A DNA stretch of 58,961 bases from an uncultured Collinsella sp. (lineage in GTDB: Bacteria; Actinomycetota; Coriobacteriia; Coriobacteriales; Coriobacteriaceae): assembly GCA_900544755.1 (NCBI GenBank), contig UQWQ01000001.1:1-58961 (forward strand), written 5' to 3'. This document shows, in pieces, positions 8,393 to 20,200 of this stretch. The notes below the pieces were generated by a model, which did not search any database, was not told the DNA's origin, and saw nothing but the letters and a program-made list of their open reading frames with translations. How positions within the stretch are numbered: position 1 is the first letter of the stretch; each line of letters starts with the position of its first letter. Position numbers and translations under genes: made by a program.

Positions 8393-9448
8393 ATGAGTGG
8401 CATGGACCGACATAGCGAGCTCCAGCAGCACAAGACGGCGGCCGAGTACCGCCAAGCTGCCGACGAGCATGTGCGGACCCTCAAGGATTTCTGGAAGGAT
8501 TTCCTGGTGAGCGGTCTGTTTGTGCTGGCCGCCATCGTTGCCATCTTTGCATGCCTTGCCTGGTTTGCCGCGAACAATCGAGTGAGCGCCACGGGGAGTA
8601 CGATCGGGGCGAAGGGCCCACGGTTTGTGCTCTCGGGAACGCAGGGCGGCACGGCAGGTAAGTACGACGCCCAGGACAACTACGCGTCGGACAGTACAAG
8701 CCTTGCCGTGAACAATCTTTTCAACCTCAATAACATGAGTGCCGATGGCAGTCTTTCTCCGGGGTCGGCTGGTCAGCTCCAGCTCAACGTCAAGCCGCTC
8801 TGCAACGACCTGCACGATATCACGGTGGAGATGACCTGGGAGATTTCCGTCCAGACGAGTGCTGTCGGCATGGGCTCCGCTGCGGATGCATCGAAAAACG
8901 AAGAGATCATCAACTCGCTTAAAGATTTGGTGCGCGGTCATATCCTGGTTTTTCAGGGCAAAGACACCTCTGGCTTTTACTCCAATCCGCTGGTCCCCAC
9001 GACAACCACGGTGACCCAGGACGGAGCCAGCGTTACCGTCATCACGCAGAGCTTTACCATTCCGGCGTCGGACTTTTGCCCTGCGGACTCAAATAGCACG
9101 ACCAAAACCGTACCCAAAACCCTCTACTGGATTTGGCCGGAGCAGTTTAAGAGCTACGTTCGCACGGGCAACGCCGGCTACGGTGGCAACCTTTTTGCGA
9201 GCACGGACCCCGCCGCGGGATACGCAGCCCTCGTCGGCGACATCAACAATAACCACGCGCGCTATTTCCGCGCCGATAGCACGAGCGTGCCAGGTCAGGC
9301 GCCTAGCGCGGTTCCGCCTGTCGGAGCCGGCATGTCCTCTGCGGATGTGGAAACCTGCGCCAGCTACTACAACAACGCCGACGAGATTATCGGCAAGAAC
9401 GTCAAGTACATTCGCGTGCGCTTCACCGCCAAGGAGGCGGATAAATAA
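8393..9448 (+). CDS. Secreted/membrane-anchored protein with SipW-class-like signal (CLA-WF); operon gene 1
   Basis: Single N-terminal hydrophobic helix ending IFACLAWFAANNRVSATG; SPGSAG motif; C-terminal beta-strand YIRVRFTAKE; start 8393 or 8402 (ORF track 8243). Confidence 0.75.
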   Translation: MSGMDRHSELQQHKTAAEYRQAADEHVRTLKDFWKDFLVSGLFVLAAIVAIFACLAWFAANNRVSATGSTIGAKGPRFVLSGTQGGTAGKYDAQDNYASDSTSLAVNNLFNLNNMSADGSLSPGSAGQLQLNVKPLCNDLHDITVEMTWEISVQTSAVGMGSAADASKNEEIINSLKDLVRGHILVFQGKDTSGFYSNPLVPTTTTVTQDGASVTVITQSFTIPASDFCPADSNSTTKTVPKTLYWIWPEQFKSYVRTGNAGYGGNLFASTDPAAGYAALVGDINNNHARYFRADSTSVPGQAPSAVPPVGAGMSSADVETCASYYNNADEIIGKNVKYIRVRFTAKEADK

Positions 9449-10264
9449 ATGGACGAGCAGCTTAATGCCCGCGAGCAGGGCGATATCAAACACAACGAAG
9501 GAGCGGCAAACCCCGGCGGCAACGGGTTCGGCTCGCACGGCGAAGCGCGTCCGGCTGGCCGCATCGAGCGCATCAAGGCTTGGGTGAGCGACCACCGTCG
9601 CGAATCCCTGGCCATCGTGGGTCTGGTGGCCGTGCTTCTCGTGTTGCTGGGATTGACGCTCGGATGGTTCGTCGATGCCAATCGCGGCTCCACCGTCGGC
9701 AAGATCAAGGAGCCGGCAGAGCTCAAGGTGCTGGGTCCCAACGCTACGGCAACAGAGCAGATCGACCTGAGCTACAACCCCGAATACGGCGATACCAAGA
9801 CTGGCAGCACGGTGACGCTCAAGCGCCCGTTTTGCGTGCAGACGGGCGGCGACGGGTTTGAGCTGCAGCTTGCGAATACGACCAACATTACGGGCCTCAC
9901 TATCGAGCTGTATAAAGCTGAGGATACGGGCCTAGGTGATGCTCCCGACGTGAGGGGCACTGCGGGCGGCAAGCCCTATAGCTGGAAAATGTATGAAACG
10001 GATCTGCTGAAGAGCTTCACGCCCATCGAAGACCCGGGTGAGGGCGCAAGCGACCCTACATTCAAGGACTATCAAAACGTCCAGCGCAACGCGCGCCCGC
10101 TCTACCGATACAAGGTGTTCAACAAAGACGAGCTCAATGTCAAGACGCTCGACGGCTCGACTGGCAACGACACGCTTAACTTCATCATCAAGCTTTCGTG
10201 GGACGAGAGCACCAAAGAGACCGACGTGATCTACCTGATCGCGCGCAACACGAGCGGTAAGTAG
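9449..10264 (+). CDS. Secreted/membrane-anchored protein with SipW-class-like signal (TLG-WF); operon gene 2
   Basis: AAGGAGG RBS; abuts gene 1 stop; helix ending GLTLGWFVDAN; C-terminal KETDVIYLIARN. Confidence 0.8.
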   Translation: MDEQLNAREQGDIKHNEGAANPGGNGFGSHGEARPAGRIERIKAWVSDHRRESLAIVGLVAVLLVLLGLTLGWFVDANRGSTVGKIKEPAELKVLGPNATATEQIDLSYNPEYGDTKTGSTVTLKRPFCVQTGGDGFELQLANTTNITGLTIELYKAEDTGLGDAPDVRGTAGGKPYSWKMYETDLLKSFTPIEDPGEGASDPTFKDYQNVQRNARPLYRYKVFNKDELNVKTLDGSTGNDTLNFIIKLSWDESTKETDVIYLIARNTSGK

Positions 10265-10278
10265 GAGAGGGGGCGCAC

Positions 10279-11229
10279 ATGGAGAAGCAAGGGAGGCAGC
10301 AGGATGCCGAGCGCGAGCAGCTGGCAAAAAGCAAAAGCCTAGTCAAGAATAAGCTGGTTGTGGCGGCAATCGCACTTGTTTGCGCCGTGGCGCTCGTGAC
10401 GGGTGGTTACTTTACCTATTCCGCCTACACCGCCAACGGATTTCTAAAGTCCGTCGCCGCAACGGGCACCGCGCAGAGCCTGTTTGCGAGCGATTTGCTC
10501 ACGGGCTATATGAGTGCGCCTAGCAACGATGAACTCGCCCGTGCCCAGCGCTCCGTTACGGTGTATCCCAGCAACGGGCAATGCAGCTTTACCTTTAGCA
10601 TCTACAACTATTTGCTGGGCAACAGCAACTTCTGCAACGACAAAAATGTGACATACACCTTGACGGTCGAGGGGTATGGGCTCGATGGCGCCACGTGGAG
10701 CTATGCGCCCCAGCCCGGTGGCAGCGTCGCGCTTCCGGAGAATCAGCCCACCAAGCACGACTACACCGTGACGTTCCCTGAGGACAAGTTGGGACATGCC
10801 TACTTTGTGATTAGGGCGACGGTGGTTTCGGGCGATAGCCCCGGCACCGAGCTCACCTGTCTGGCGGCGAAAGTCGTGCCGTCAAAGAAGGCCGAGGTCA
10901 AGACCGCCGCGGTTGAGGGTGCGCTGGTTGACGAAACAGATGAAAATACTTTTGCTGATTATGCTGCCTGCAACTACCGCGTAACGGTCACGGGAGCACC
11001 GACAAGCGTCACGCTCAAGTGGGGGGAGCAAGTGGAGATCGACCCGTTCTTCCCGATCAACCATAGTGCGACGGTGGATACCGCAACTCGCACGGCTACG
11101 TTCACCATGGAGCCTGGCTCGATGATCGTCAACTTCTACCGAGTGGACGGCAAAACGCCCGATGACTGGAAAAAGCTGGGTATTAGCGCAACCAAAACCC
11201 CCCAAACGCGCACGACGGAGACTCAATAA
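10279..11229 (+). CDS. Secreted/membrane-anchored protein with SipW-class-like signal (TYSA-YT); operon gene 3
   Basis: AGGAGAGGGGG RBS; KNKLVVAAIALVCAVALVTGGYFTYSAYT; beta-rich mature part. Confidence 0.8.
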   Translation: MEKQGRQQDAEREQLAKSKSLVKNKLVVAAIALVCAVALVTGGYFTYSAYTANGFLKSVAATGTAQSLFASDLLTGYMSAPSNDELARAQRSVTVYPSNGQCSFTFSIYNYLLGNSNFCNDKNVTYTLTVEGYGLDGATWSYAPQPGGSVALPENQPTKHDYTVTFPEDKLGHAYFVIRATVVSGDSPGTELTCLAAKVVPSKKAEVKTAAVEGALVDETDENTFADYAACNYRVTVTGAPTSVTLKWGEQVEIDPFFPINHSATVDTATRTATFTMEPGSMIVNFYRVDGKTPDDWKKLGISATKTPQTRTTETQ

Positions 11230-11269
11230 CTCTGGAAACAGAGTTTTTAGGATAAGAGGTACGGAATCG

Positions 11270-14200
11270 ATGAGAACGGCAAAGCGCATACTCGCAGAGT
11301 TCATGACGGTGATCATGGTGCTCCAGGCATGCTCGCCCACGGTTGCCGCTGTGGCGGCCGGCTGGCAAAACATTTCGAGCGAGATTGCCGCCGCGTCTGC
11401 GGAGGCATCGGATGCAGCCGAGAGCGGCGAGACCAAGAGCGATGTCACGACCGGGTCTGGGTCGAGTGATACCGGCGCCGCGGGTGACGGTGCTGAGGAT
11501 GACGCTGCGAAGGACGACGCTGCAGCGGGCGATACTTCCGATAGTGCCGCGGGTTCCGATTCCGCGGGCGACCAAGCGGAAGGCGACGACTCTGCCGGGG
11601 ATACTGCCGCTGACGATGCCGAGCAAGACGCAGATGATGCAGTTTCGGAGGATGCCGCGGCCCAGGCGAATGCGACGATCAATACTCTGGACGAGCTTGT
11701 CAGGCTGCTCAAGGCTAACGGTGCGGAAAGCATCGTGTGCAAAGACGATAACAGCGGAATCAAAAGCCTCGATGTCAAGTTGTCGGCGGCGTTTACCATC
11801 CTGTCCAACGCCGACGCTTCGCTTTACTACGATGCGCAGATCAAGGTTATCATCACGGGCGATGCGAAGCTCACCGAGTCGGCAAATAACGGCATGTCTT
11901 TCCAGGGCTTTGGCAGCGATGAGCATCCGTTTGAAGGCAAAATCTATAGGTCTCTGAATGGCGTTGATAGCCCTGTTGAGCTTACGACTAACCGGACGGT
12001 TTTTAATAACCTCAAGCTAACTGACCAAAACAATACAGTCAAGATAAAGTGGGTAGGCGCAACTACCTATAGCGCGCCGATGATCGCTTCGAAGGTCAGC
12101 GGTGGGGGCAAGACGCTCAACGCTGTGGTCAACATCGCGAATCCCGTAGGCACCGACGGGACGGATACGACTTCCGCTCTGACGGCGCCCCTTTTGGGTG
12201 AGGCGATGGGTGACCTTACTACAGAGGTCACCTATGGCCCTGCCGGTTCTCTCGAGAAGCTCAACGTAAATGCAGCGGGAAACATCGGGCTTTTAGCGAA
12301 TACAGTCAAGAGCGGAACCTTTACGGTGGGGTCTGTTAAGTTTCCCGATAGCCTTGCCGCGGGCGGTGTCGTCAAGACGAGCTCCGGTAATGCCGGTCTG
12401 CTCGTAGGCACGGTCGAGGATGGCGCGACTCTGAACGTCGGCACCCTTAATGTTCCCGCTGCTACCGTTCAGTCTGCAAGCGGTTCCGCCGGTGGTGTCG
12501 TAGGTCTCGTCGGTTCGAACACAGGCGCCACAGTCAACGTCACGGAGGCTCTCGACCTGCACATGCTCACCGTCAAGGGCACCACCGCCAGCGGCGGCTT
12601 CATCGGTAAGGCGACTAGACTCACGCTTGGCTCGGACAGCGAGAAGTTCACCTGTCCCGCCAACGTCGGCGATGCGAACAGCAAAAGTTCCGGCGGCTTC
12701 ATCGGCGACGTTAGTTTTGCCGGCCCGGTCGAGTTTACCGACAACGACCAAATCGATACGGGCGAGGGCGTGAATCTTGGCCAAAGTGGGGACACGGGCG
12801 CGGGTGGCGTGTTCGGTCTCCTGGACACAACGAACGGCGATGTCGCAATATCAGGTGGCTCGTATACTAGCAAACTGGTGACGGGCTCCAGCTCCATCTA
12901 TGGCGGTCTGGTCGGTAGAATTCAGGATGTGACCAACACAGAGAAGTCGAACAACACCCTTCATATAAAGACGGATGCCGCGGGCAACCGCTGTTCGGTT
13001 GATACTACATGCAGCGTCGCGCCGCGACTGGCAGGAGGCCTGGTCGGCTGGGTGGCAAAGAGCAACAATACTGGAGGCGTTGTAATCGTTGACGGCGCGG
13101 ACGTCACGTGCCATTCTCCAAAAGCCAATGGAAAGAACTGCGGGTTTGGCGGTGTTGTTGGCGCCTTGGATAGCGGCTATAGCGTGGGCGGGCGTTCGCG
13201 TTTTGGAATTCTGGACTGCGGGGACGTTCGCGTTGAAACTGATAAAAACGAATCAATCGCATGTGGTGCCGGAATTGTGGGTTCGGCATGGAACGGCGGC
13301 TTGCGCTTGCGTGGGACTACCGATTTATCCGATTGCAAGCTCGAGGCCAACGGTAATACCAGCCAAATTCTTAGATCCTTGGATGGATGCGCCCCATTGG
13401 TGTTTGCTCTAGGTTCAGGCTCGGATGCTGAGGCAACGAACGATAATTATTGGCTTTACAAACGTCCTGCTGCGGCGAGGATCGATGACCTGACCTATAA
13501 CCAGGTTATCCGCCTGACCGGAGAGGAGGGCAAGCTCAGCAAGGATCTTATTAAACTTGATGAAAGCACCTTTTATCAGCCGTTGTGCAATCTGAGTGGT
13601 GCTCCAGATGCTGGCAGCAGTGCTGGCTACTCTTGGGGTAAACAGCTACGGTCCCAAAATGGTGACGGGAAGTCGGGTACATACCTCATTAATGATGCGG
13701 ATACATTCGCATGCATTGCCATGACGGTCCAAACGAACGGCTACTTTGGCGGTGTATTCGGCATCGGCACGGCTAATATTACGAGCTGGTATGGTAATAG
13801 TGGGAATGCTATCTCAATTACTTCCGACATTGACCTGCGAGGTACAGGCCTTGAAGGTCTTGCATGTGATGGGTCCGGGCAAGTTAATGCCTTCGTAGGG
13901 GCTGTCGAGGGCAACCATCATACCGTTACCTTGGCGATTGGCGAACCTTACGGTACGCGCAACGGCAATGCGCTTGGCGCAAACGATTCGACTGAAGGCA
14001 ACGGCAAGATTTACCGTCACAGCCGTCTGGGCCTCTTTGCCGCTATCGGCGGCTCGACGGCGAATAACCAGATCGCGACGGTGAATAACCTCACCGTCGA
14101 TGGTTCCATTAAGTTTGATAACGGCTTAGGCGTCGACGCTGGCTCGCTTGCGGCAACTATCACTGGCAAGGCAACGCTCAGCGGCGTTACGTGCAAGCCG

Positions 14201-17200
14201 AAAATCACCTGCGATGATACGTTCGGCAACGATGTCAACATTGGCGGCATTGCTGGTAGCGTGAGGGGTGGTGGAACCGTTACTTTCGACAGCAGCAACA
14301 TAAGTGGCAGCACGAAGGCGCAAGCGACCGTCAAAACGGGCGCTACCCTCAACGGCAACACGCGCATTGGCGGCGCTATCGGTTATGTGGCGGACGTTGT
14401 CGCTATCGTCAACGTGACGAGTCTCGAGGTCGGTGACGCGACCGCGAGCGAAAATGCGATTACCGCGGGCGACAGCGCGAGCAATAAGAAATCCCAGATT
14501 GGCGGCCTTATCGGCTGCATCACTCAGGGCACCGCGGCGAATGCGACCAACGTCAACATCACGGGTCTTTCGTTCGACTCGTTCAGCATGACCGTTGGTA
14601 AGAACCGCGACGCGAAGAACGGCGCTGGTGGTCTTTTGGGCTATAGCTGGGGCAATACTGTTGTCACCATCGGGGATAGCAGCAAAAACACCAGCGACAG
14701 TACGTATGCTCTCAAGACGAACAACGCTTCCATAACAGCAAACAGCTCAGGTGAACTCGGCGGGCTCGTATATGCAGCCAGCGGTCACTGGGTTATCAAC
14801 AACTACGCCATCGATCTTTCTGGTGCAACCATCAATGCCGAGAGCGCTACAACGCTTGGTCTGCTCGTTGGCCGCGGCAGTAAGGTGGCTTCTGGAGTAT
14901 ATGGCTCCGAGTCCTATACGGGTTTGTACCTGGAAGATAGGGCTTATTGGGGAACTGCATACAAAGTTTCCGGTATTACGGTCAATGCATCTGAGAAATT
15001 ATCGGAATTCGACGAGTGGGTGGGCAATGGCAAAAAGCCAGGCAGCAAACTCATGGATGGCGAATGGAACACCGTGGTCTCACTGCATACCTATACCGAC
15101 AAGTTGGATATGAGCGGTAACGCGGAGAACGACAACAGTTATAAGAACCGTTCGAACTTTGGCGCAAGTCATAATACAAACGGGAGTATTCGGTATTACT
15201 ACAACCTTGACCGTGCGTATAGCGCCCTCAGCGCCAACGGCAAAGACTATATAGCGCAGAAATCTGTCCAGCTCACTGCTCCGGAAGAGCTTCTTTTGTG
15301 GTCCGCATGCCGTTATGCGCCCGCCGAGGTGCAGAAATACATTGCTCCTGGAATGACTGGAGTTAACGTTGGTCTGAATAGCATTACGGTCTATATCAAC
15401 GGCGGTACAAGTTCAGAACAAAAAACTATCGATTTAAGAGGTTATAGCTACTATCCTGCACAGCCTGGCGGAAACGTATTTGTTCAAGATGTAAATATCA
15501 AATTTTGCCACTCTGATATCAAGTCAGAGTATGCTAACAATAAATCCAACTCGGCCGGCACGCAGCATGAAAACATGCACTGCGGACTTTTGCGTACGAT
15601 TAATGCGAACCTCACGGTAGGCAATGTCACACTGGGCGGCACTATCGGAATTGCGGTTAGCGACGGTGATACAAGTAAGGCAGGGCCTGGCGGCACCGTG
15701 TCAGGTGCTCTGGTGTGCCGCTATATTTACGGGTCTTCGACTTCGGTTAAGCAGGTCTCTATCAATAATCTTACGCTTGATGGTTTGACCGTCGATGGCG
15801 TGACCGATACAACTGGCTATGCTCCTCTGCTTATCAACGAGATGCAGACGTACGTGAATTTGAGCGCAACGAATATCTCAGCCAAGGGGTATGAGGGCGA
15901 CACCAAGGCAGCTACGTCGCTGTTCGGTAGGCTTGGTGTGGGCAGTACGGCCGACCAGGTGACGGCAACATTCAGCGCGATCAGCCTCCCCAGTGCAACT
16001 GATAACGCGATGTTCACCCGCGCAAGCTTGCTTGAGAGCTTTGGCTACGGCGAGGGGAAGACCGGCTCGGCGGTGTATACCTTTATGATGGATGACCAGA
16101 CAAACGATAAGGTCACATTCGGTAGCGAGATCGACTCGAAGGGCGAATACTCCGGTAAGCAGCTCTGGTACTACGACGAGAGCACCTATGGGACCCCCGC
16201 TGGCCTCGTCACCGTTGACAACAAAGAGGCAAATGCGGATACTCCGCAATTCGGTGGTTATCTCCCGTATGTGAAAAAGGGCAATGTCAACGAAAACAAA
16301 GTCCAATACCACGAAATCAAAGTTAACCAGCGTGTGCCCAAGCTTACGACGGGCTGCGGTACCTATGGCGATCCCTATTCCATAACTAAAGCATCAGAGC
16401 TCAACACGGTTGCTGAGTATATCAACACGCAAAATGCAATCGACGGTTGGGAAGTAACGATTGCCGCCAATCAGGAAGAGCTATGTCAGCGTCGTTCGTC
16501 CAGTGAGAATACTGAAAACGAAGTGACGTACATCTACAAACAGGCGAACAAAACATGGGAGAGGAAGACAGGGGAAGGTACCACTGACCCCAATAACGCG
16601 CTTGACGATGCGACGATGCACAGCTATCTCCAAAGCGCCTACTACAGTATCGAGCCGGTTGATAGCGAGGGAAATGGTAGCGATACACTTGTGCTCGATA
16701 CCACCGCTTTCCAGGGTTTGGGCAATCAGAGCAACCCGTTCAGGGGGGTTGTTGTTGGCAATCTGAGAGACGGCGGTTTAGCGACCATCAAGATTAACAA
16801 GCCCGAAGGCGCAAGCGCGCTTTCCGGATTGATCCCGTATAGCTACGGCAGCGTTGTGAGCAACCTGAATATTGAATACTCGGGCATGCCGGTCTCAATT
16901 GCATATAAGAGTAAAGATGCATCTGGTGTGCCGGGCGCGTTCTTTGGCGGCGTGATCGGTTGCATCATGGGCGGTGACAATATCATCGATGGCGTGTCGG
17001 TGAATGCGGATGCTGGCTTTAGCGTTGCTGGGGCGGCAGGCGATAATGGCGGCGGCGCGCACCTTGTGCCCGTTGGCGGCTACGTTGGTGCTGTTGCGGG
17101 TGGCGGCGTCATCTTCCGCAACTCTTCGCGCGGCGACGGTGCCCTTAACCCCTGGCATAGCGCCGGTACTTCTCTCTATGACAACCCGTATGTTGGCCGC

Positions 17201-20200
17201 GTAATCGACGGCTATGCGTTCAGCGAGCTTGCCGATGGTAAGAGTCTCGACAACACTGATCGTAACTACAAGGTGAACAATCTGGATACTTCGAAGACGG
17301 GGTGCATCAAGACGGATGCGACGCAGGGCCGCTATAGGGGAGACGACGCCAATAGCTCTGCGATAACCACAACCGTCAATGACTCGCAGGGACTGCTCGT
17401 ACTCTCGGCCATCATCAGCAGCGGTGCGGCCGGCGGTTCGGCGAATACGAATACCACGAACGATGCGTATGGAACGTATGCGGGCTCGCGTGCCTACATG
17501 GGCGGCAACAACGCAAAGGGAGTGTACCAATTCGGCAACAAGCAATACGGCAAAGTTCGCAACGCGAGCTATACACATGTTGGAAGGCCGGCGAGTGCCG
17601 CTGACGACTTTGCTAATGCGAAAAACGATGACATGAAAAGTCCCGGTATTCAGTTAGAGGGTAACGCGCTCGACTACACAAGCGATGGTTCGGACGTTAA
17701 CTCCCCCTACCTGGTAAAGAAATACGCAACGTGGCAGACGGGTAACATCTGCGCCGCGCAGGTATCGGGAATGGATTTGCAGTTCAAAGCGGGTGAAACC
17801 TATGACATGACTACTTATGGCACGGGTTACACGGGTCTTTCGGGCCGCTACTACTCAAACGCATGCGCATCCGGTAAGGGCGCCGACCGCGATCGCATCG
17901 TGCCGCTTGTTGCGTGCATCAACGGTAACGGTGCAACAATTAAGGTCGGTAGCAAAGAGGCCAGCAAGGTATATGGGGTCACGGAGTACGCCGACGATAA
18001 TTACAAACTCACCGGAGTGGGCGCTCTCTTTGGCACCGTAACGTACACCTCGACCAACGTGAGGGGGAGCATCGGCACTCCGGGAACGGACGGCGCTGCT
18101 GCTGTGGGCAACGGCGGCTATACCGTCCAGAACCTAAAGTTCGATGACTGCAATATTTCTCTTACGTATATCAATGCAGCCGGCGCCCCCAGTGGTGCGG
18201 GCGATGAGCAAGTTGGCGTCGGTCTGCTTGCGGGCACTACGGCGAACGCGAGCTCGCTGGCGGATTACGGCAAATATGCAGGAATTACCATGGATAACTG
18301 CAGGGTGAATGGCCCCAATAACGTTGGCGGATTGCTCGGCGCATCCGGCTATGGTAGCCGCAGGACTGACAAAGATGCAACTTTGCTGGTGAATCGTAAC
18401 GATGAATCACGAGCGACAACGCGCTATTCTCCGGTCAAGCTTTACGATTGCTCTTATAGCAACATGGACATTTCTGGCGTGCAAAACGTCGGTGGCTTCG
18501 TCGGCAAGCTGAACAAAAATTCCGCTGGTGGCGTTTGGACAAAAACGAACATGTCTATTGCCAAGAATTCCACGATTGTGTCAACTGCTTCTAACGCAAG
18601 GACCGGCGGTGTCGTGGGTCTTGCTGGAGGTGGTTTCCTGGTGAACACCGATGATGCTGGAACGCCTTCGCAGGGTGCCGAAAAGGCGGAGATCAGCAAT
18701 GTCACGCTTCAGCCGGCAGCATCGAGCGCGACCGAGGGGACCGGCGGCCTTATCGGAAGGTCCGAAAATGGAATCGTGTCTGTCTACAATCTGTGCATCC
18801 AAGGCGACGTGCAGAGTAAAACGGTATTTGGTGTTAGAGGATCGAATAATCTTAAGTACGTTGCTGGTGCAGTCGGCGAAGCGGCTTCGGGCGGTGCATT
18901 TAAGTTCGATAGCTGTGTAATAAAAGACATCCATCTTGGTGCTCGTGAGTGCTCTGCCGGTTTAATCGGTGATCTGAAAGGTGGGTGTGCCCTCGAGGTC
19001 AAGAATTCAACTATCACTGGACTGGTCGTCGATGGTTCGTATTCTGGTGGTGTTGTTGGCTCGATCGGTAACACGGCGAACTCTGTCACGCTTTTGAATT
19101 CGACCATTGGCGAGAATAACTTTACCGGTAGCAAGAACGCTGCATGGAACTCATCGCTGGGAAGTTGTTCTGGTGGCGTGTCTGGCGATGGCCGTGGCTC
19201 ATTTAGGCTCGTAAACGTGCTCATGGATCGCAATATCTTTGGGGCGCAAACTAGCCAGGGATATTTGTTCGGAAATAGTTCATCCGCTGACCTCGTCAAC
19301 GTTTTTGTCGCAGGAATTGCCATTAGACCAAACAGTGCGAGCGAATCGCTCAAGCTGATGCGCAATTCTTCCGGTGCCGACGACCTTAAAAAGGTGAACA
19401 GAAAGTCATACATCGCATTTGCTGCCTATGAAGACAAGCTTTCCGATGCCAAGGGCGCGACACTGTATGGCAACGATGCTGCGAACGGCAATGTGACGCC
19501 GGCCGTTTCGCCCTACGTCACGACGAGTCCGACGAGCGGCCTTGCTGTGCGCGCTTCCGATGCTGACACGGCCGGCCGTTATCTGTTCGGCGACGGCATG
19601 AACGTTGGCCTTGCCACGGCCATCCAGAATCCGTCGAGCCCCGGCGTTGCCAACCGTTACACCTACACCAACATCGGCGGCATCAATGACGATGGCGCCG
19701 ATCAAAATACGTCGAGCTATAACGCCAAATCCGTGGCAAGCATGTTCAATGCGAATAACGATGCAAGCGACAGCAAGGTTGCAACGGATTTCCCCGTTTT
19801 GGTGATCTCTGGCAACGACAACACGACGGTCAAGAGCTATCTAAACATCGTCACGAACGGCGGCTTCTCCGATGCCTGCAGATTGAATAACGAGAATGGC
19901 ACCAATCCGCACGTGACGGCCAAAGCAGAGGTTTTCCAACTCAAGGACGGTGTGTTCGTTAAAGACGGTGACGCGTCGAACAATCCCACGCTTCGCGTAG
20001 TGAACAATGGCAAGAACAATATGTCGTTTAGCCCAAGCTCCGATTGGGACAACGGCAAAGGTCGCTTTACGCTCCTGACCGTTACCTTTACCGAGGCGGG
20101 TCAGAGCTACAACGTTCAGGTGCCGATCATCGTTAAGCGCAAGCTCGAGATCGATTTCACTGCAACGTATGATTACGGCACTCAATTTAAAGAAAAAGAC

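Noticed and set aside
8340..8410. c-di-GMP-I riboswitch upstream of the adhesin operon (CAGGGCAAAC)
   Set aside because: Only the first few bases match; the GAAA-capped P2 stem and GACGCAAAG segment are missing
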